A DNA stretch of 51,777 bases from an uncultured Candidatus Saccharibacteria bacterium (lineage in GTDB: Bacteria; Patescibacteriota; Minisyncoccia; UBA6257; 2-01-FULL-56-20). Within the stretch, counting starts at the first letter, position 1; every line of letters begins with the position of its first letter. Positions 33,019 to 41,106 of the stretch are shown piece by piece. The position numbers were made by a program, and so were the translations under genes. The stretch is taken from assembly GCA_964483915.1 (NCBI GenBank), contig CAZADL010000003.1, forward strand, positions 1 through 51,777, read 5' to 3'. Below the pieces are notes generated by a model that saw only the letters and a list, made by a program, of their open reading frames with translations, was not told the DNA's origin and did no database searches.

Positions 33019-34321
33019 GGAGCAACGCGAAAGCTTCCTCAAATTCCTGCCGTTCGTTCCAGGGAATTTTTCCGCCGCTTGAAATATGGATCCAATCCTC
33101 GCTTCCTTTGCCGGTTCCGATCACCACATCTCCTTCGCGCATTTCGAGGACGGCCTGCCGGATTGCTTCGCGGCGATCCGGAATTTTCACGACCTCCGGC
33201 CACGGATGCGGCAGGGTTAAAATGCCCGCTTCAATCTCACTCAAAATATGCATCGGGTCCTCGTTGTAGGGATCTTCATTTGCCAAAAAAATTTTATCGC
33301 AATAATGCGCGGCTATCTTTCCCATCTCCGGCCGTTTCCAAACATCGCGGCCCGTTCGCTTATCGCCGGTCGCGCCGACCGAACCCAAAACACAGATGAG
33401 GCGCGGATGCGGATAATGGGGTGACGGGTCCGGACGAACGGCGCGGTAGGCGGCTTCGAGCGATTCCGGCGTGTGCGCATAATCCACAACGGCTGTGATT
33501 CCTCTTGACCGCACAAATTCCATCCGACCCGGCACGCCTTCAAAGCTTTCAAGCGCTTCCATGATTATTTTCCCTGGAATGCCGATCTCCCGCGCCACGG
33601 CGACGGCGAGCGCCATGTTTTCCCTATTGAAACCGCTCATTAAAAATTTTTTCTCGGGTTCGCCATGAAGCGTGCGCATGGGATTCAACTTCGGAAGATA
33701 TTGTTTGACCCATTCGTCGTCCTTACCATACGTCAACGTTCGCTCGCCCGGCAGGGCATCTTTAAAAAAACGGAAGTTTTCATCATCGCGATTCAAAAAT
33801 ATGGTGCCGCCCTTTTTGAGGACATAGCGCAGGAAGGAAATTTTAGCGTCGCGATAATTTTCAAAGGACCCGTGCGATTCAATGTGCTCCGGCGCGAGAT
33901 TCGTGATCGACCCGATATTCCAGTTGATAAAGCGGTGCCGGTGCGCCGTGACGCCTTGCGACGTCACTTCAATAAGAGCGTACCGGCATCCCGTCTCGAC
34001 CGCGCGCCTCATGAATTTTTGGATATACCCGCGGCCCGGCATTGAATTGCCGAGGTGGTTCTTATCACCTTTCTCGCCGATCTTCACGCGATACGAGCCG
34101 ATGAGCGCCGTTTTTTTTCCGGCGGCTTCAAGGATGGCATTCAGAAGTTCGAGCGTCGTCGTCTTGCCTTTCGTGCCCGTAATGCCGATCACAAAAAGTT
34201 GGCTGCTCGGATGTTTGTGCCGCCGCGCGCCAAGCCACGACCATAAAAAATGATATCCCGAAAATGCCCCGGGGAGGTCGCGGAGAAAGCGTGCAAGTTT
34301 TGAATCTTTCAGGTTGGGCAT
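32984..34321 (-). CDS. Mur ligase family protein (MurE-like)
   Basis: It has the GITGTKGKTTT P-loop and the Mur ligase central and C-terminal domains (DYAHTPESL). The extreme C-terminus is derived from the repeat element. Confidence 0.8.
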   Translation of the reverse strand: MPNLKDSKLARFLRDLPGAFSGYHFLWSWLGARRHKHPSSQLFVIGITGTKGKTTTLELLNAILEAAGKKTALIGSYRVKIGEKGDKNHLGNSMPGRGYIQKFMRRAVETGCRYALIEVTSQGVTAHRHRFINWNIGSITNLAPEHIESHGSFENYRDAKISFLRYVLKKGGTIFLNRDDENFRFFKDALPGERTLTYGKDDEWVKQYLPKLNPMRTLHGEPEKKFLMSGFNRENMALAVAVAREIGIPGKIIMEALESFEGVPGRMEFVRSRGITAVVDYAHTPESLEAAYRAVRPDPSPHYPHPRLICVLGSVGATGDKRTGRDVWKRPEMGKIAAHYCDKIFLANEDPYNEDPMHILSEIEAGILTLPHPWPEVVKIPDRREAIRQAVLEMREGDVVIGTGKGSEDWIHISSGGKIPWNERQEFEEAFALLRQPRGGRDPVL

Positions 34322-34324
34322 GAC

Positions 34325-34906
34325 CTATCTTTTTCCACTCAATATCTTGAGCGCCTCTTTGAGCCGCGCCTCCACGTCGGTGGTTTCCTTGGATACTTTC
34401 GTAAGCGCCTCGCGCGCTTCTTCGCGGCGATAACCAAGATTTGAGAGCGCCTCAATAAGATCGGCATCGGTTTCCATTTTTTCCACAACCGCGCCCGCCC
34501 GCGAGGATCTCACTTTGTTGCGAAGTTCCACAATGATGCGTTCCGCTGTTTTCCTGCCGATACCGGAGGCCTTCGTCAAAAGATCGGGGCGCCCTTCCTG
34601 GATCGCCGCCGAGAGTTCTTCAAGGTCGGCGACATCAATAATAGAGAGCGCCGACTTTGGGCCAACGCCCGAAACGGAGATCAACAGTTCAAAAAACGAA
34701 AGTTCTCCCCCGGAAAGGAAGCCATAGAGTTCCATGGCGTCCTCGCGGACATGAAAGTGCGTGAAAAGCTTCGCTTCGCCGCCGACGGCCCCCATGCGCC
34801 GGATTGTCTGCCCGCTCGCGAAAATTTTAAATCCAATCCCGCCGGCCTCAACCACAAGAAAGTTTTCCCCTTTCAGAACCAGTTTTCCGGCAATACTGTA
34901 GAGCAT
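34325..34906 (-). CDS. ruvA: Holliday junction branch migration complex subunit RuvA
   Basis: MLYSIAGKL..., a VSGVGPKSA helix-hairpin-helix and GIGRKTAERI. It has three-domain length. Confidence 0.85.
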   Translation of the reverse strand: MLYSIAGKLVLKGENFLVVEAGGIGFKIFASGQTIRRMGAVGGEAKLFTHFHVREDAMELYGFLSGGELSFFELLISVSGVGPKSALSIIDVADLEELSAAIQEGRPDLLTKASGIGRKTAERIIVELRNKVRSSRAGAVVEKMETDADLIEALSNLGYRREEAREALTKVSKETTDVEARLKEALKILSGKR

Positions 34907-34998
34907 AAGAATATTATACTCCAAAATGAAACAATCGGAGAATAATTAAGCTGTTTCACTTAAGATATTTTTAATCTTCTCTCCGATACGGTGAGCGA

Positions 34999-35441
34999 AT
35001 GGAAAATCTGATTAAAAGAGATGGTTACGATGACGCGAAGAGAAGGGTGAAAGAGTTTTATGCAAGGATTGGTTCCGTCTGGTGCCCGGCATCAAATGAC
35101 TATGTTTCTTTTAAGAGCGCGGGTCTCCGCCATCTTATCAGAAAAGGAAAAATGCCACGCCCGGAGCGTGACCAGATGAGAAGATTTTTTTCTCTTAAGG
35201 TTTGTGGCGAGCGTATTGGCTGACTCGACAGTTGAAGTCGTTACCGTTAGCGCACCGCCTTGCGTTACGTTTTGGACCGTTATAAAAAGACGGGATAAAA
35301 AAAATTATGAAGGTCGTTATCCGGCAGATCAAGTTCGGGAAGAAACACTTTTTCAGTGTTGACGATCAAAAAATCGTTCGGCAGAATGGCTATGACCATT
35401 CGCAAGTTTATTACCGAAAATCTGAAACTCTTTTAGTATAG
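34999..35441 (+). pseudogene. Conserved-hypothetical gene broken by two homopolymer frameshifts
   Basis: Frame 1 runs to the TGA at 35221. The reading continues sensibly in frame 2 from the T7 run (35185-35191) as ...FWTVIKRRDKK. It continues again in frame 3 after the A8 run (35297-35304) as MKVVIRQIKFGKKHFFSV..., ending at the stop at 35439-35441. Confidence 0.4.
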
Positions 35442-35464
35442 TTTTAAGATTGTTGTCAAGGGTC

Positions 35465-35492
35465 TTGTTATTCCAAGAAACATCGATATAAT
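35465..35492 (+). promoter_or_regulatory. Putative rpsT promoter
   Basis: TTGTTA (35465-35470) is separated by 16 nt from TATAAT (35487-35492). Confidence 0.4.
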
Positions 35493-35542
35493 GGACACAA
35501 ATAAAAGCACGGACCTTCGCCTTCGCGAGGGCGACAAGAAAA

Positions 35543-35797
35543 ATGCCAATCACATCATCCGCAAAGAAAGCGCTCCGGCAGGCCAGGACGCGGCGCGAAC
35601 GGAATATCAAAAAGAAAGACGCTTACAAGAGCGCTGTAAAGATGTACCGTAAACTGATTGCCGGAAAGCAATGGAACGATGCCGAGGCGAAACTCAAGAA
35701 CGTCTATAAGGCCGTTGACAAAGCGGCGAAGACGAATGTCATTGCGAAGAACAAAGCGCGGCGCATCAAATCGCGGCTCGCGAAGATGGCGAAATAG
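35543..35797 (+). CDS. rpsT: 30S ribosomal protein S20
   Basis: MPITSSAKKALRQARTRRERN... is a typical S20 sequence, at 84 aa. Confidence 0.9.
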   Translation: MPITSSAKKALRQARTRRERNIKKKDAYKSAVKMYRKLIAGKQWNDAEAKLKNVYKAVDKAAKTNVIAKNKARRIKSRLAKMAK

Positions 35798-35805
35798 CTA
35801 TCTCT

Positions 35806-35882
35806 GTCATTCCCGCGCATGCGGGAACCCAGGTTGTTATCCCTTTCATAAAACACTGGATCCCCGCCTTCGCGGGGATGAC
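35806..35882. repeat. Bipartite palindromic element (GTCATTCC family)
   Basis: The unit reads GTCATTCCCGCGCATGCGGGAACCCAG ... CTGGATCCCCGCCTTCGCGGGGATGAC. Confidence 0.7.
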
Positions 35883-35936
35883 AATAGATGACAATAAAAG
35901 AGGATCCTAAACTGCCAACTGTGCTATAATGAATCT

Positions 35937-36305
35937 ATGCATTGGCTTTTGAAGTTCGCCATTGTTGTCGCGGGAAACGCGTTTGCGCTCTGGCTTGCGA
36001 ATCTCTATGTGCCAGGCTTCGTGCTTCAAGGCACATGGCTCCAGATCGCTTTCATCGCGCTCGTCCTCGCGCTTTTGAACGGGCTCCTCAAACCGATCCT
36101 CACGCTTGTACTCGGGCCGATTATCGTCCTCACACTCGGCATCGGCGTTCTCGTCGTGAACGCCGTCATCCTTTACGTACTTCCCCTTCTCCTCAATTAC
36201 ATTGACTTTCTGCGGGGAGGCGTTATCATTCAGGACATTCCGGCACTTGTCTACGCAACTCTTATCGTGAGCGTCGTGAACTTCATCATCCACCTTGCGG
36301 CATAA
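35937..36305 (+). CDS. Holin-like membrane protein (DUF360 / phage holin 4_2 family)
   Basis: The 122-aa ORF has four TM helices and a family-typical N-terminus, AGNAFALWLANLYVPGF. Confidence 0.65.
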   Translation: MHWLLKFAIVVAGNAFALWLANLYVPGFVLQGTWLQIAFIALVLALLNGLLKPILTLVLGPIIVLTLGIGVLVVNAVILYVLPLLLNYIDFLRGGVIIQDIPALVYATLIVSVVNFIIHLAA

Positions 36306-36316
36306 AATTTTTTCCC

Positions 36317-36532
36317 ATGGTTGCCGTCATTCAAATTATTCTCGCCGTCATCATCATCTGTCTGATCCTCCTCCAGGAGCGGTCCTCCGGAATGTCGGGG
36401 CTTTTTGGCGGCGGGGGCAATGACGGCTATTACCAGACGCGGCGCGGCATGGAGAAATTCATCTTCACGGGTACCATTGTGGCGGCGGTTATTTTCGTGG
36501 CGCTCGCCGTCTGGCAGCTGTTGGCACGATAA
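36317..36532 (+). CDS. secG: Preprotein translocase subunit SecG
   Basis: The 71-aa ORF has two TM helices and the LLQERSSGMSGLFGGGG motif. Confidence 0.75.
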   Translation: MVAVIQIILAVIIICLILLQERSSGMSGLFGGGGNDGYYQTRRGMEKFIFTGTIVAAVIFVALAVWQLLAR

Positions 36533-36614
36533 TTCACGTGCCGTTTGAATGTTATAGTGTTGTAGTGTTCTCGTGGGCAGTACAACATTAAAACATTCAT
36601 ACCCTGGTATCAAC

Positions 36615-38261
36615 ATGTCTTTTTTCAAGAAAATCTTTTTTGCGTTCACGAAGCAGGAACGCATCACATTCCTTGCGGCCTCGGCCGTCGGCGCCGTAAG
36701 CTTCTGCGCAGTCATGGGAATTTTTATCGCCCGGACAACAACCACCGTACCTGCCGCAGGCGGAGACTATGCCGCGGGCGTCGTCGGACAGCCGGAGTAT
36801 GTGAATCCCGTTATGGCATCATCGGAGGCGGATATGAGCATCGTCAAAATGGTTTATAGCAACATTCCCGACATCGCTGACACGATTGGAACGCCCGACG
36901 GCAAAACGTGGACCGTCCGCCTCAAGGCCGATCTCCACTGGGCTGACGGCGAACGGCTCACGAGCGACGATGTCATCTTCACGGTAGCGAGCGTGGAAAA
37001 TCCCGATGCGGAGTCGCCGCTTGCGGCGAACTGGCAGGGCGTCGTTGCACGACGGATGAGCGAACTCGAAGTACAGTTCACGCTGCCTTCCCCCTACGCG
37101 TTGTTCGGCGACAATCTCCGAAATCTCTACATCATTCCTAAACACATTTTCGGGGACATCCCGCCCGGAAACTGGCGCCTCTCCGACTATAACCTGAAGC
37201 CGATCGGCAGCGGGCCATACCAGTTTGTGTCCTACGACAGGGGTTCGGATGGATTTATTTCTACATATCGGCTCGCCGCACAGAAAAATTCCTTCGGCAA
37301 GCAACCGCTCATCCCAAATTTCACGTTCACCTTTTTCCGCAACGAAAGCGATCTCATAAAATCATTCAACGGCGGCGCAATCGATGGCTTCATGCCGGCA
37401 TCGCCCGAGGATATCGCGACGATCACGCGGCCTTACAATCTTTTCCATTCACGCGCCACGAACTATTATGCAATATTTATAAACCAAAGCGCGAGCGTGG
37501 CATTGGAAGATCCGGCCGTGCGGAACGCTCTCTCCCGCGCCATTGACCGGAACGACCTTGTGGCGAACGCCCTTTCCAATAACGGCGTCCCTGATGGCGG
37601 GCCAATTCCACAAGGCGCCGCGTATTTCTCCCCGTCTGTGGGAATTCCCACGAGCTCATTGGATATCGCAAGTACCACGCTCGACGCCGCCGGCTGGAAA
37701 TTGGGCACGGACGGCAACCGTTCAAAAAACGTAAAAACGACTGCGATTCCGCTCCAGATAGCTCTCACCGTTCCCGATATCGATTTTCTCGTGAAAACGG
37801 CCGAGATCGTTCAGAACGATTGGCAGAATATAGGGGTGTCGACGACGATCACGACCGATTCCCCTGCGACCGTCATGGACGACGCGGTAAACAATCGCAA
37901 TTATGAGGCCCTGCTCTTCGGAAACATTTTGGGGCCAAGTTCCGATCTCTATTCTTTTTGGGATTCTGCCGAACGGTTCTCGCCCGGCCTCAACCTCGCG
38001 ACCTACGGCAACCCGAAAGTTGATGGCCTGATCGAGGCCGCACGAACGACCCTGAACGACGCATCGCGCACAGAAGAACTCGCCAAAGCGGAAAGCTCTA
38101 TTGTCGCCGATGCTCCCGCGATCTTCCTTTACTCCGTGGACGATCTCTATGTCGCAAGTGAGAATGTCTATGGCATCACGACCGGCACCTTGAGCGATCC
38201 TTCCGACCGTTTCCGCGAAGCGCTGAATTGGTATCTGGAAACAACGAGAGCGTTGAAGTAA
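36615..38261 (+). CDS. ABC transporter substrate-binding protein, family 5 (peptide/nickel type)
   Basis: It has an N-terminal TM anchor and SBP_bac_5-like segments (WTVRLKADLHWADGERLTSDDVIF, YNLKPIGSGPY). No permease gene lies adjacent. Confidence 0.75.
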   Translation: MSFFKKIFFAFTKQERITFLAASAVGAVSFCAVMGIFIARTTTTVPAAGGDYAAGVVGQPEYVNPVMASSEADMSIVKMVYSNIPDIADTIGTPDGKTWTVRLKADLHWADGERLTSDDVIFTVASVENPDAESPLAANWQGVVARRMSELEVQFTLPSPYALFGDNLRNLYIIPKHIFGDIPPGNWRLSDYNLKPIGSGPYQFVSYDRGSDGFISTYRLAAQKNSFGKQPLIPNFTFTFFRNESDLIKSFNGGAIDGFMPASPEDIATITRPYNLFHSRATNYYAIFINQSASVALEDPAVRNALSRAIDRNDLVANALSNNGVPDGGPIPQGAAYFSPSVGIPTSSLDIASTTLDAAGWKLGTDGNRSKNVKTTAIPLQIALTVPDIDFLVKTAEIVQNDWQNIGVSTTITTDSPATVMDDAVNNRNYEALLFGNILGPSSDLYSFWDSAERFSPGLNLATYGNPKVDGLIEAARTTLNDASRTEELAKAESSIVADAPAIFLYSVDDLYVASENVYGITTGTLSDPSDRFREALNWYLETTRALK

Positions 38262-38452
38262 TACGTTTGACTTTCTGGCTCGTGCCATGGTACACTCAAA
38301 TTTCACTGAGATCCTCCTCGGCGTTGCCTCTTCCCCTTCTGTCATCCATTCCAAAAAGAGCGTGATTCATGATTCAAGATTTATGATTCAGGAATAAGCC
38401 GTTATTCTTGAATTTGAAATCCTGCATCGTGAATAATTTCGCGTGGGCAGTG

Positions 38453-38536
38453 GCCGAGGTGGCGGAACTGGCAGACGCACTGGCTTCAGGTGCCAGCGAT
38501 CGCAAGATCATAAGGGTTCAACTCCCTTCCTCGGCA
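38453..38536 (+). tRNA. tRNA-Leu (anticodon CAG)
   Basis: Acceptor GCCGAGG/CCTCGGC, anticodon stem CTGGC/GCCAG with loop TTCAGGT, a long variable arm, T arm AAGGG-TTCAACT-CCCTT and discriminator A. Confidence 0.9.
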
Positions 38537-38556
38537 CTTATGAGTAGAACATCGTT

Positions 38557-38691
38557 CCGAGGAAGGAAGTTGAACGGGAAAGGGGTCGGGGAAACGGGAG
38601 TTTCCCCGTGGTGGAGGCCGTTGGAATCAAGTGGTTCTAAAGCGCAGCCCCGTCTTGGCGTGGCGAGCAGTGAAACTCCCTTCCTCGGCAC
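38557..38691 (+). repeat. tRNA-linked element, copy B (inverted copy of the tRNA-Leu 3' half, conserved core, direct repeat of the tRNA 3' end)
   Basis: Positions 38557-38575 are the reverse complement of tRNA positions 38516-38534 (18/19). The core lies at 38576-38610. Positions 38674-38691 repeat 38520-38537 (18/18). Confidence 0.7.
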
Positions 38692-38715
38692 ATCCAAGAA
38701 AAAATATAAAAATCT

Positions 38716-40722
38716 ATGATCAAAAAAATGAATGAACCGGCTGGGTCCAAGGATCGGCCACACATAAAACCTCCCGAGGTCCGCTTTCGGCCGAAGGTAA
38801 GCGAGGAATATCGGGGGAAATCTTCCCGTCCTTTGCGCCATTTTTCGACCGAAGACATCGGACGACAGAATTTTCCCGATAACCGCCCGCACCATTCCCG
38901 TTCTTCTCGCGGCAGCCATAGCCGGCCTCGCAGAATGCCGCCAGGGGCGGCAAGAAAAACCGCCTCCGATAACCGAAAATGGGCTTCGTCGTCAACCTCA
39001 GCACCGCATGGCATAGCAGGACAACTGCGCATCAAATCCTCCGCAGACGAAGCGTCCCGAAAGGAGGCCGTTCGCCTGGTTCCTTTGGGTGGGCTTGAAG
39101 AGATCGGACGCAACTGTTCCTTCCTTGAATATAAAAATGAGATCGTGATCATCGACGTCGGCCTCCAATTTCCCGAAGAAGAAACACCGGGCATCGACTA
39201 TATCATCCCGAACATCTCGTACCTTGAGAAACGGAAAGAAAACATTCAGGCGATCATTCTGACGCACGGGCACTACGACCACATCGGCGGCCTGCCGCAT
39301 GTTCTCGCAAAACTTGGCAATCCCCCGATCTATGCTACCTCCATTACAAAAGCCATCATTGAAAAACGACAGGAAGATTTTCCGAACGCGCCGAAGATGA
39401 ACGTTATCACCGTGAAAGGCGGCGAGGAAATCAAGCTGTCAAACTATTTCACGGCATATTTCTTTGGCGTACCGCACACGATACCGGAGACGACGGGCGT
39501 GCTCCTCAAAACGCCGATCGGCAATGTGGTGCACTTTGCCGACTTCCGCGTAGAATATGATGACGACGGCAACCCGCAGGGACTCGATGAATTCGCTGCG
39601 GTTGGCAAAATGGGCGTGCACACGTTCATGGTGGACTCGACCGCCGCGGAAAAGCCCGGCCACTCCATCTCGGAGAAAACCGTTGAAAAAAATCTGGAGG
39701 AAATTTTCAAGCAAGCGGAAGGTCGCGTGATCGTGGCGACCTTCGCGTCGCTCCTTACCCGCATCGGCGAAATCATCAAGATCTGCGAACGCCTTGATCG
39801 GCGGGTCGCTCTCTCGGGTTACTCCATGAAAACGAACGTGCAGATCGCACAGAACCTCGGTTTCATCAAGGCACATGAAGGAACGATTATTCCGATCGAA
39901 GAGGCGCACAAAATAAGAGACAACAAAATTCTTATCTTATCGACCGGCGCGCAAGGCGAATCGAACGCCAGCTTGATGAAGATCATCACGGGGGAGCATC
40001 GGCATCTCACGATCAAGCCCGGCGACACCTTTGTGCTTTCCTCGTCCGTCATTCCCGGCAATGAACGGAGCGTACAATCAGTGAAAGATAACCTCGCGCG
40101 CCAAGGCGCAATCGTCTACCATTCCGCGCTGGTTGATATCCATTCATCCGGTCATGCGCCGAAGGATGACGTCAAACTGGTCATTGAACTCCTTAACCCA
40201 AAATTTCTTATGCCGATCCACGGCTATTACTTCATGCGCGCCGCAAACGGGATTTCCGCGCGCGAAGTCGGCATTCCGAAAGAAAACATAAAACTGATGG
40301 ATAATGGCCAAGTCGCCGAACTGACCAAAAACGACTTCACGATCACCGAGGAGACCGTGCCGGCGTTTTACGTCATGGTTGACGGTTTGGGGGTTGGCGA
40401 TGTTGAAGAGGTGGTCTTGCGTGATCGGCGGGCCTTGGCGCAAGAAGGTATGCTCGTCATTATCACGACCATTGACCGCGACAAGGGCAAGCTCCTGAAA
40501 AATCCCGACATTATATCGCGCGGCTTCATCTACCTTAAAGAGAATCAAGACATTGTTGAAGAGATACGCAAGCGCGTACGGAACGTTACCCAACGTTTGC
40601 CAAACTATCGCGACATTGAACCGGATTATCTAAAAACCCTCATCCGTGATCAGGTCGGGCAGTTCATCTATAACAAAACCCGCCGCCGCCCGATGATTCT
40701 GCCGGTCATCATCGAGATTTAG
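38716..40722 (+). CDS. rnj: Ribonuclease J with a basic low-complexity N-terminal extension of about 117 aa
   Basis: VRLVPLGGLEEIGRNCSFLEY, HGHYDHIGGLP, beta-CASP and C-terminal domains are present. The core begins near aa 118. Confidence 0.85.
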   Translation: MIKKMNEPAGSKDRPHIKPPEVRFRPKVSEEYRGKSSRPLRHFSTEDIGRQNFPDNRPHHSRSSRGSHSRPRRMPPGAARKTASDNRKWASSSTSAPHGIAGQLRIKSSADEASRKEAVRLVPLGGLEEIGRNCSFLEYKNEIVIIDVGLQFPEEETPGIDYIIPNISYLEKRKENIQAIILTHGHYDHIGGLPHVLAKLGNPPIYATSITKAIIEKRQEDFPNAPKMNVITVKGGEEIKLSNYFTAYFFGVPHTIPETTGVLLKTPIGNVVHFADFRVEYDDDGNPQGLDEFAAVGKMGVHTFMVDSTAAEKPGHSISEKTVEKNLEEIFKQAEGRVIVATFASLLTRIGEIIKICERLDRRVALSGYSMKTNVQIAQNLGFIKAHEGTIIPIEEAHKIRDNKILILSTGAQGESNASLMKIITGEHRHLTIKPGDTFVLSSSVIPGNERSVQSVKDNLARQGAIVYHSALVDIHSSGHAPKDDVKLVIELLNPKFLMPIHGYYFMRAANGISAREVGIPKENIKLMDNGQVAELTKNDFTITEETVPAFYVMVDGLGVGDVEEVVLRDRRALAQEGMLVIITTIDRDKGKLLKNPDIISRGFIYLKENQDIVEEIRKRVRNVTQRLPNYRDIEPDYLKTLIRDQVGQFIYNKTRRRPMILPVIIEI

Positions 40723-40729
40723 CATCTCC

Positions 40730-40759
40730 TATCGGCTCATTCGGTAGAATGAGCCGATA
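40730..40759. terminator. 13-bp hairpin between convergent rnj and the arsR-like gene; shares a 22-nt centre with 41035-41066
   Basis: The stem is TATCGGCTCATTC-GGTA-GAATGAGCCGATA. Confidence 0.55.
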
Positions 40760-40764
40760 ACAAA

Positions 40765-41031
40765 TCAGAGCTGGAAAATAATCACGCGGATAAAATCTTC
40801 CAGTTTCCTTGAAATTTTATAGAACACCTCTTTACTTCGTTGCACTTTATCAAGAATACCAACTCTTTCTAAAAGTAAGAGGTGGCGAGATGCCGCCCGA
40901 AAGGACAGCCCCATTTCGCGCGCGATGCAACCGACATTTGCTTCGCTCACTCGCTTCAGATGGCTGAGTATTGCGAGCCGACGCCGATTTGCTAATGCTT
41001 TCAGATATTTCTCTAATTTTCTTTCGTTCAT
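40765..41031 (-). CDS. ArsR/SmtB-family transcriptional regulator
   Basis: LKALANRRRLAILSHL...VGCIAREMGLSFRAASRHLLLLERVGIL is a winged HTH. The start is set at MNERK, and alternative upstream ATGs at 41046 and 41085 fall in or beyond the palindrome. Confidence 0.75.
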   Translation of the reverse strand: MNERKLEKYLKALANRRRLAILSHLKRVSEANVGCIAREMGLSFRAASRHLLLLERVGILDKVQRSKEVFYKISRKLEDFIRVIIFQL

Positions 41032-41034
41032 GTT

Positions 41035-41066
41035 ATGGTGGCTCATTCTACCGAATGAGCCACCAT
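41035..41066. promoter_or_regulatory. 14-bp-stem palindrome immediately upstream of the arsR-like start; candidate operator
   Basis: The palindrome ATGGTGGCTCATTC-TACC-GAATGAGCCACCAT begins 4 nt from the ATG at 41031. Confidence 0.4.
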
Positions 41067-41106
41067 ATTCTGCCACGCCAAACATTAAATTTTTCTAAAA
41101 TCTTTT

